From NCBI GenBank assembly GCA_050950285.1, contig JBMNHG010000002.1, positions 248,296 through 312,295 on the forward strand: a DNA stretch of 64,000 nucleotides. Reading direction: 5' to 3'. Under the pieces are notes generated by a model. That model was not told the DNA's origin and did not search any database. It saw only the letters and a program-made list of their open reading frames with translations. Both the position numbers and the translations under genes were made by a program. The DNA is from Kiritimatiellia bacterium. GTDB lineage: Bacteria > Verrucomicrobiota > Kiritimatiellia > RFP12 > JBMNHG01. The first letter of the stretch is position 1, and every line of letters begins with the position of its first letter. Positions 58,701-64,000 of the stretch are shown one piece after another.

Positions 58701-59045
58701 CAGGTCATAGCCATTGTCCGAAGCGGCGAAAGCGCGCGTGAGGACGGTTTTCCCGCCCGCCGCCGACGAGGTGATGATGTAGCGGTACTTGTTGTTGGCC
58801 GGAACGTTTTCGTACACCAGGCCGTCGGTAAGAACCTTGGGCGACTTGGAGGATCCGCTGGTGACCACGGCGGAGTCCCTGGCCTGGGTCACGAATGGCG
58901 GCAGGCCGCGAAGCAGGTTGTTCGCGGAAGGAGCGAACTCGGTCCAGGACCATGTGTTGGTCGTCCAGACGGGGGCCCCATGAAGCATGGCCGCGGCTGC
59001 GAAAACAACTGCGGAAAGGAAAACGCGTTTTGTGTCTGCTCTCAT
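52779..59045 (-). CDS. Giant (2088 aa) secreted CotH-kinase-like protein with lamin-tail (LTD) and multiple beta-sandwich domains
   Basis: Signal peptide (MRADTKRVFLSAVVFAAAAMLHG). LTD motif RINEIMASNG...DWVELYNPNPVAVDLSGWRMTDD. CotH core ..GIYVNANNDGRAWERAIHVEQID...HSLRLFF....LIHELFSRD.....YYNLFINGVYWGVY.TEE. Duplicated C-terminal modules (..RIVEIMSCTADGGGDGSEYIVITN.. and ..RIAEVMSSTADGKGDGSEYLVVTN..). Confidence 0.75.
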   Translation of the reverse strand: MRADTKRVFLSAVVFAAAAMLHGAPVWTTNTWSWTEFAPSANNLLRGLPPFVTQARDSAVVTSGSSKSPKVLTDGLVYENVPANNKYRYIITSSAAGGKTVLTRAFAASDNGYDLLSLRFYSQWNDTSKDRIDIDSIEVQAEDGTWSILPGSAISYEAPDSVGQNLAVLSDSDGEPLGHRIVGIRVNFGAQESLGAFYAEIEAIGVPVLSGPRFTVEHTGGDIDRAVFTVACDYAGTAATNASFHFAYGPDAASLGDYGQVATGLDSGDTATFRILGLEGDSTYAYSMIASNNMGAASDAVSGTFTTPATGLEVRINEIMASNGTTLLTADGDDSDWVELYNPNPVAVDLSGWRMTDDPSKKWSKWKELPTDTVIPAEGYLIVWGDDYGYTGWTNGEVHVDIGFSADGEAVALARAEGDIVSQFSFGPQIKDFSYGYARDYEQLADADAAAEYRVADAGDWHSITGGVGFSTTPGAFACTLYRMNVGLGDIDTAEACVADRSRWAADPVHADFQTIAFANGSGMNYTANPFPGTTSTGDTMDNFVLAADGVIYVPSPGLWTFAAGTDDGFRARISGHGVDFVGEYATGRGYTQSLFTFNFPEAGAYNVRFVMFEGGGGSACDFSVAQGFQENWTSAFKLVGDPSGPIVHAGALSSALANDVSDAMAGESRLDWRTFFDFDGTAGPDDRLELRIRYADGFVATLNGTEIARSNAPDGIPEADATATTDRPVTLALTPEAYDVPVSLLRTNGNELVVTGLRRSTTSSDFLLDVRLVRILSEDRLYYFRLPTPGEANGDDGNTEMTPPVTFSEPHGYKTQPFQLSLSCESDPTAPIYYTFDGTAPSAANGFRYTAPIAISSTTVVRAAVPDPRSILQVDSTATYLFLDDILAQDTSTPPGFPDNGAVNGQAMRYGMDPDIVNGPDRSFLLDGFTNSVRILDGFTNFVCTLSIVTDPGNFFNAQTGIYVNANNDGRAWERAIHVEQIDPVNGAANEFSTPAGVRIRGAYSRSPGYAKHSLRLFFRSEYGSGALDFPLFGDEGADRFEKVDLRCSQNYSFYQGSDSDTLIHELFSRDTQRDMGQPYKRTRYYNLFINGVYWGVYMTEERGDADYAETYLGGDDDDWDLIKTSQPGYQTTASDGDMEAFTLLRDITENEGYGGSYSNNYYRVLGKNPDGTRNPAYPVLVDATNLMDFMINVHYAVDNDSPAADNMANNMYGLRNRTGASTGFIWLRHDAEHSLGFGGGPETDSLLRGTTGYRPETFGELRAFNPAELHYKLLDNAEYRAVFADRIQKHLFGDGALTPAKATGRFRKRMAEIDSMVVCELARWGHNDWGRNTWLNRGCATSLNFISRRTPYLVQHYRNHGWFPSIDAPSASAYSGQLDSETPFVLTCGTPFYYTTDGSDPRDGNAPSATATLVTRDAAEPIALVAKNADWRFYDWGNKPADDASGNAWNSVAFDDSSWDHGNGILGVVGGNGNAVGTATHRYINHGDSGTQVITTYFRKTIGIPGGSNAATVTRLVGDILADDGYVLYLNGVEIERHHMNPGDVGYDTFANTTVGAPEQNTYYEHSIEIPVNLLRDGTNVLAVEVHQCNSGSSDLYWDCSLGTAADSVNAIVAISDRPTRVLARAYDASTGEWSALTEAVVSQEPSIPYAEPEDALRIVEIMSCTADGGGDGSEYIVITNTSPVAGVNLEGVRVTCAKHGESPKCDFTFASGEILGAGESIPCMKAEYWSGPTQKITNGKVDARLYAASGATIQTLYIDTSWWGGACDGTGASFIAKEPATNILERAQWRPSFTALPNSLRIAEVMSSTADGKGDGSEYLVVTNLDAAAAIDLADITITAAKVSEKNGVVTTNAPSLHLTITNSVAIKKGKALTLAKSGYWPLEKLTNGKLALSVTDPAGAVCQALYVDADWWDGACDGTGASFVADEFGALVTEPSQWHPLYLPPANAAAKAVVAAASTNDILRQWFAALGADADGQAALSAFTGDATQLGRCYLTGLAPENGEIELRITRIAIDPATGAVTIGGAIEVDGVGKPTTARGVVKLLRYTEPGGVPGELELTDTAFPIEAVDTHPGDCRFFQITIR

Positions 59046-59198
59046 GGTGGTATCGTACCCCATTCCCGCAATGCACCGCAATCCGATAATTGGCCTGTAC
59101 GGTTCACGGGATGGAACCCTGCTTGCAAGGCGGGAAATCCAGGGCCATCACACGACATTGGTTTGACACCCGGAAGAGCATGGGGTACCTTTCCGCCC

Positions 59199-60161
59199 AT
59201 GAGAATTCTGTCTGGCATCCAGCCCTCGGGGAAGCTTCACCTGGGCAATTATTTCGGCATGATGAAGCCGTCCATCGACCTCCAGATGCGCGGCGACGCC
59301 TACATTTTCATCGCGAACTACCACGCCCTCACCACCGTCTCGGACCCGCAGAAGCTTCGCGAGGACACGTGGGACGTCGCCCTCGACTTCCTCGCCTGCG
59401 GCCTGGATCCCGACCGCACCTGCTTCTTCCGGCAAAGCGATGTGCCGGAGGTGACCGAACTCACCTGGCTGCTTTCGATCGTCACGCCCATGGGACTGCT
59501 CGAGCGGTGCCACTCGTACAAGGACAAGCTGGCCAGAGGCATGGCCGCGAGCCACGGCCTCTTCTCCTATCCCGTGCTGATGGCGGCGGACATCCTCGCG
59601 TACCAGTCGGACATCGTCCCCGTGGGGCGCGACCAGAAGCAGCACGTCGAAGTCACCCGCGACATCGCGATCAAGTTCAACAACCAGTTCGGCAAAACCT
59701 TCCGGATTCCCGAACCCTCGATCGAAGACGTGGTGGCGGTGGTCCCCGGGCTCGATGGGCAGAAGATGTCCAAGAGCTACGGCAACACCATCGACCTGTT
59801 CTCCCCCATCGAGGAGGCCAAGGCGCGCATCATGCGGATTGTCACCGACAGCACGCCGCTGGAGGACCCGAAAGACCCCGACACCTGCAACGTCTTCGCC
59901 CTCTACAAGCTGTTCGCAACGCCGGACGAGCAGGCCGACATGGCCGCCCGGCTCCGCGCCGGAGGCATGGGATACGGAACCGCGAAGAAAGAGCTGGCCG
60001 CGAAATTCGAGGAAACCTTCGCCCCCCTGGTCGCACGGCGCGCCGAACTCGCCGCGCGTCCGGACGACGTGGAGGACGTGCTCCGCGCCGGCGCCGCCAA
60101 GGCGCGCGCCGAAGCCCGCAAGACGCTCGACGCCGCCCGGAAGGCCGTCGGCATCGCCTGA
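59199..60161 (+). CDS. trpS: Tryptophan--tRNA ligase
   Basis: SGIQPSGKLHLGNY (HIGH-type) and KMSKS motifs; 320 aa, intact. Confidence 0.9.
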   Translation: MRILSGIQPSGKLHLGNYFGMMKPSIDLQMRGDAYIFIANYHALTTVSDPQKLREDTWDVALDFLACGLDPDRTCFFRQSDVPEVTELTWLLSIVTPMGLLERCHSYKDKLARGMAASHGLFSYPVLMAADILAYQSDIVPVGRDQKQHVEVTRDIAIKFNNQFGKTFRIPEPSIEDVVAVVPGLDGQKMSKSYGNTIDLFSPIEEAKARIMRIVTDSTPLEDPKDPDTCNVFALYKLFATPDEQADMAARLRAGGMGYGTAKKELAAKFEETFAPLVARRAELAARPDDVEDVLRAGAAKARAEARKTLDAARKAVGIA

Positions 60162-60192
60162 TCCCCCGGACCACGCCCCGCGGGGCGCCGCG

Positions 60193-60786
60193 CTACAGGA
60201 CGCCCTTGCTGGACGGCACGCCCGCCTGGCGGGGATCGATTTCCACGGCGTCGCGAAGGGCGCGGGCGACGGCCTTGAAGACCGACTCGTAGACGTGGTG
60301 GACCTCGTCGCCGTAGAGGTGGTGGATGTGCAGGTTCATGCGCCCCTGTATGACGAACGCGCGGAAGAACTCTTCGACGAGTTTCACGTCGAAGTCGCGG
60401 ATGCGCTGCTTCTCGTTGGAAATCCGGTAGACGAGGAAGGGGCGTCCTCCCAGGTCGATGGCCACCTGGCAGAGCGACTCGTCCATGGGCAGCAGGAGCG
60501 ATCCGTACCGGCGGATGCCCCTGCGATCCCCAAGCGCCTGGTCGAGACAGGTGCCGAGCACGATGCCGATGTCCTCCACCGTGTGGTGGTAGTCCACGTC
60601 GAGGTCCCCGGTGGCCTGCACCGTCACGTCGCAAAGCGAATGGCGGGCGAACAGCTCCAGCATGTGGTTCAAGAAGGGAATGCCGGTCTCGACATCCGGG
60701 ACGCCGGATCCATCGAGGTCGAGGACCACCTTGATGTCGGTCTCGCGGGTCTTGCGGGCGAGTTCAGCGGTACGGTGCGGTTTCAT
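60193..60786 (-). CDS. hisB: Imidazoleglycerol-phosphate dehydratase
   Basis: 197 aa with ..RKTRETDIKV.LDLDG.G...V.TGI.FL.HML..FA.H......V.A.GDL.VD.HHT.ED.GI.LG. Confidence 0.85.
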   Translation of the reverse strand: MKPHRTAELARKTRETDIKVVLDLDGSGVPDVETGIPFLNHMLELFARHSLCDVTVQATGDLDVDYHHTVEDIGIVLGTCLDQALGDRRGIRRYGSLLLPMDESLCQVAIDLGGRPFLVYRISNEKQRIRDFDVKLVEEFFRAFVIQGRMNLHIHHLYGDEVHHVYESVFKAVARALRDAVEIDPRQAGVPSSKGVL

Positions 60787-60805
60787 GGAATCCACTATAG
60801 GGGAG

Positions 60806-60847
60806 CCGGCCCGGAAACACAACCCCTGTCGCTTGCGTCCGGGCCGG
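60806..60847. other. GC-rich hairpin between ABC permease and hisB
   Basis: A 10-bp stem ccggcccgga / tccgggccgg around a 22-nt loop. There is no U-tract on the transcribed (minus) strand. Confidence 0.35.
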
Positions 60848-60878
60848 GCAGGGGGAGGCGCGGGAAACGGACGCGGCG

Positions 60879-62582
60879 CTAGACGCGGAAAAGGGCGCCC
60901 AGCTTCTTGCCGAGGAGGAGGCTGCTCCCCACGATGGTCACGGCCAGGAAGCTCATGGCCCAGACGCCGAGGGCGGCGGCGAGATGGCGTCCCACGCCGA
61001 TCAGCTGGAAGAGCTCGTAGATGGTCTTCGTGATCGGGTAATACTCCATCTTCTGGGCGAGGATCAGGCTGTCGGACACCTCGAGCATGCTGAAGGCGAA
61101 GGTCAGCAGGACGCCGGCGATGAGATTGGCGCAAATCAGCGGGAGCGTGATGCGCCCCAGGGTACGGGCCGGCGAGGCGCCAAGGTTGGCGGAGGCCTCC
61201 TCGAGGGTGACCGACGTCTGCTGCAGGCCCGCGCTGGCGGCGCGCACCATGTAGGGAAGGCGCCTCACCGCGTAGGCGATCACGAGGAAGAGGGTCGGGT
61301 TGACGTGGACGTCGAGGAAAGGTTTGATGGCTTCGGGGAGGAAGTCGCGGTTCACGAACCACTGGCTGATGGAGAGGAAGCCGAAGGCCATGACCAGTCC
61401 GGGCACGGCCAGCGGGATCATGGCCAGGGCGTCGAGCGCCCCGCGCACGACGATGCGGGAACGGACGGTGACCCAGGCGATGCCCACGCCGAGGACGATG
61501 TTCACGGCCACGGCCAGGGCGGAGAAGACGAGGCTGTTCCGGATCCCGGCGATCGTCATCCCATGGCTCAGGGCGGCCGAATAGTGGGCGACGGTGAACT
61601 GTTCGGGAAGGACCGTGCGGTACCAGGAGCCGGAACTGCTGAAACTGGTGAGCACGACGCCGATGTGGGGGAGCAGGGCGAAGACCGTCACCAGCAGGAA
61701 GGGCAGCATCGCGACCAGCGACCGCCAGCCGTGGAGCGGCTTTTCGACATGGGCGGTGGTGGCCCGGGTCTGCATCGCGTGGGCCCGCCCGCCGAAGAAC
61801 ACGCGGGCAAGCACGTAGAGCAGGACGCTGGCGGCGAGCACCACGGTGACGAGCGCATACGGGAAGGGGCTGGAGCTGATCTCCTTGAGTTCGTCGTAGA
61901 TCTGCACGGCGGCGCACCGGTTGAAGTTGAGCATCATCGGCGTGCCGAGCTCGGTGAAACTGGCGATGAATACCAGCGTCCCGCCGGCGAAGAGGCCGGG
62001 CGCGATCAGCGGAAGGGTGATCCGGTAGAAGGTGCGCCAGCCGTGGCAGCCGAGGTTGGAGGCGGCCTCCTCCATCGCGGGATCGATGTTCGCGAGCGCG
62101 GCGGAGACGTTCAGATAGAGGATCGGGTAGAAGGCGAGGGACTGGAGCACCACGACACAGGCATAGCGGGAAAGGCCGAGCCAGTCCACGGGGCCGATGC
62201 CGAGCAAGGCGTTCAGGGCTCCGTAGGGCCCCAGCATCTGCATGAGCCCGATCGCGCCGACGAAGGGGGGAAGGATCATCGGCACGAGGATCAGGGAGGA
62301 GAAGACGCCGCGGCCGATGAAGGTGTAGCGATGGGAGATGGCGGCCAGCGGGATCGCGATGCAGGAGGACAGGAGGGTCGTGCCCAGCGCGATGAAGAAG
62401 CTGTTCCGCAACCCTTCCGCATAGATGGGATTCTTGAAGACGCCGACCATGTACCGCAGGGTGAAGCTCCCTTCGTGGCGGAAGCCGCCGGCAACCACGT
62501 GGAAGACCGGCCAGAGGCACATGGCGCCAAGCAGGAGGGTGAACAGGCAGAAAAGAATCCAGGCGGTGCGGTTGCGGAGCAT
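60879..62582 (-). CDS. ABC transporter permease, fused two-domain FbpB/ThiP (iron(III)/thiamine-type) family
   Basis: Two tandem 6-TM permease domains, each with an EAA-like loop (..EEAASNLG.. and ..EEASANLGAS..). 567 aa from MLRNRTAW. Confidence 0.75.
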   Translation of the reverse strand: MLRNRTAWILFCLFTLLLGAMCLWPVFHVVAGGFRHEGSFTLRYMVGVFKNPIYAEGLRNSFFIALGTTLLSSCIAIPLAAISHRYTFIGRGVFSSLILVPMILPPFVGAIGLMQMLGPYGALNALLGIGPVDWLGLSRYACVVVLQSLAFYPILYLNVSAALANIDPAMEEAASNLGCHGWRTFYRITLPLIAPGLFAGGTLVFIASFTELGTPMMLNFNRCAAVQIYDELKEISSSPFPYALVTVVLAASVLLYVLARVFFGGRAHAMQTRATTAHVEKPLHGWRSLVAMLPFLLVTVFALLPHIGVVLTSFSSSGSWYRTVLPEQFTVAHYSAALSHGMTIAGIRNSLVFSALAVAVNIVLGVGIAWVTVRSRIVVRGALDALAMIPLAVPGLVMAFGFLSISQWFVNRDFLPEAIKPFLDVHVNPTLFLVIAYAVRRLPYMVRAASAGLQQTSVTLEEASANLGASPARTLGRITLPLICANLIAGVLLTFAFSMLEVSDSLILAQKMEYYPITKTIYELFQLIGVGRHLAAALGVWAMSFLAVTIVGSSLLLGKKLGALFRV

Positions 62583-62808
62583 GACGTCGATCTCCCGAAG
62601 GAAGCGAGCGGGCCGCCCCGGATGGCCCGGGCGGCGGACGTGACACGGACAGGATAGCCCCAACGACGCTTTCGCGCAAGGGCCATGGCGGGGGGATGGA
62701 ATCCCATGGACGCCAGGCGTTCGGATTCGGAGGTGCCCGGGAAGAATGGCGACATGCCATGGCGGCCGACCTTGACACAGGCTCGATGGGGTCTGTATCG
62801 TTTCCGCA

Positions 62809-63954
62809 ATGAAACGTCGACGGTGGATGGAATGGCTTTTCTTCGCCGCCTTGTGGGCTGCCTATTGGGCCTTCGGGCTCTGGCTCCGCCAGCAGATCTC
62901 CTTCGAGCCGGACGGCGAATTGCACGGGTTCGACTACAACGGACACGGGGATCTCTTTGCCAGCACGGGCAGGTTGATCCGCTTCATGCGCTTCCGGCAT
63001 CCCCTCTTCGGATTTTTCCTCTATCCCATCGCACTGGTCGGCGAGCCGTTGGCACAGCAATCGACATGGCTGTACTGGGGGTATCTCTGCGCCGTCTTTT
63101 CGGCGGTGGTGACGGCTTGCGTCTGGATGGTCTGGCGCCTATGCACCGCAATCTGCGGGGATCGCTTCCGCGGCGCGCTCTGCGCCATCCTGTTCGCGGG
63201 GTTTGGCTACGTGGCCTATCTGGCGGCCTGTCCGGAGAGCTTTTCCATCTCCATGCTGTTGTCGCTGGGGGTCCTCGCCTGGGGCATGCGCGACCGGACG
63301 GAGGGGGCGGAGACGGCGGAAGAGAAGCGTGATCTCGTGATGCTGGACCGCATCGTCTGGGGCGCCTTGTTCTTCCTGTCCGCCGGCGTGACCATCACGC
63401 AGGGCGCGAAGGTCGCGCTGGCCTATCTGGCGACGCATCGCCTCACGCGGAAAGAGGGGTGGGTCCTGGGGATTTCCACGGCGGGGCTGGTCGCCGCGGG
63501 GGTTCTCTTCTACGTGGCGAAGCTCGTGTGGTTTGGGAATGGCGGGTACACCATCGGCGACGCGCTGGCCTACAACTTCGGCTTCATCGTGCGCGGGGTC
63601 GGCTGGCGGGAGCGCCTGCGGATGCTGGAGATGTTCTTCTTCGAGCCGGTCATCCCGCACGGGGCGCCCTACCACGAATTCCGGATCCCCTCCGGCTATC
63701 GGACGATCGTCCCGTACCTGGCCTGCGCGGCGCTCTACGTTCTTGCCGGGATCGGCGGGTGGCGGATGCGGCGCACGCGCCTCTTCCGCGTCATGGCGGC
63801 CGGGTTTTCCGTGGACGTCCTCATCCACCTCGTCTGCTTCTGGGGGATGGAAGAGGGGCAGATCTACTGCGGGCACTGGTTCCACCTTCTTCCGCTTCTG
63901 GTGGGAGGGGCGCTTGCGCCCCGCCGCCCCCTTCAAAACGGGCGCGGAAGTTGA
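62809..63954 (+). CDS. Polytopic membrane protein, unknown function
   Basis: 381 aa with ~9 hydrophobic helices and no recognised motif. Confidence 0.4.
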   Translation: MKRRRWMEWLFFAALWAAYWAFGLWLRQQISFEPDGELHGFDYNGHGDLFASTGRLIRFMRFRHPLFGFFLYPIALVGEPLAQQSTWLYWGYLCAVFSAVVTACVWMVWRLCTAICGDRFRGALCAILFAGFGYVAYLAACPESFSISMLLSLGVLAWGMRDRTEGAETAEEKRDLVMLDRIVWGALFFLSAGVTITQGAKVALAYLATHRLTRKEGWVLGISTAGLVAAGVLFYVAKLVWFGNGGYTIGDALAYNFGFIVRGVGWRERLRMLEMFFFEPVIPHGAPYHEFRIPSGYRTIVPYLACAALYVLAGIGGWRMRRTRLFRVMAAGFSVDVLIHLVCFWGMEEGQIYCGHWFHLLPLLVGGALAPRRPLQNGRGS

Positions 63955-64000
63955 CCGGAGCCGCGCGACGGCCTACCGGGATCCATCGCGAAGGTACTTC

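Noticed and set aside
60806-60847. Hairpin as an intrinsic terminator for the ABC permease
   Set aside because: The stem is good, but there is no U-tract on the transcribed strand. Kept only as an unexplained hairpin.
1-64000. Search for CRISPR arrays, rRNA and tRNA genes
   Set aside because: No regularly spaced direct repeats and no rRNA-like or cloverleaf-like segments were recognised by eye. tRNA absence cannot be fully excluded without a covariance-model scan such as tRNAscan-SE or Infernal.

Overview
This is a high-GC (~65-70%) bacterial chromosomal segment. Its gene content suggests a PVC-superphylum-type anaerobe: giant CotH/lamin-tail proteins, heparinase II/III-like lyases, a sialate O-acetylesterase, a glycyl-radical enzyme and a HydG-like radical SAM enzyme. 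Housekeeping genes are recognisable. They include murC, an rluA-family gene, rsfS, araD, rsmA, ahcY, trxA, pyrK-pyrD, yebC, ruvC, trpS and hisB. There is an LPS/polysaccharide-related block (WbsX/GH99-like, MFS, O-antigen-ligase-like, nucleotidyltransferase). An ~11.7 kb minus-strand gene string (glycyl radical enzyme -> 2 flp pilins -> tadE/tadG-like pseudopilins -> esterase -> lyase-like giant protein -> MBL hydrolase) is tightly spaced. Between ~10 and 21.5 kb many conserved genes are broken by single-base frameshifts, which looks like assembly indel error and limits coordinate precision there. The most interesting region is 35-51 kb, a compositionally distinct accessory island. It holds a low-GC 879-aa membrane protein, and an intact ISKra4-like insertion sequence with 20-bp inverted repeats and a 9-bp target duplication. 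It also holds a polymorphic-toxin-like array. The array is one TPR-fused full-length gene plus two downstream modules that share a near-identical trunk and have unrelated C-terminal tips; the third is N-terminally truncated. Two tips carry HExxH motifs. Each module is followed by a distinct signal-peptide partner gene, and an IS1634-like transposase remnant sits at the distal boundary. No rRNA, tRNA or CRISPR array was recognised.
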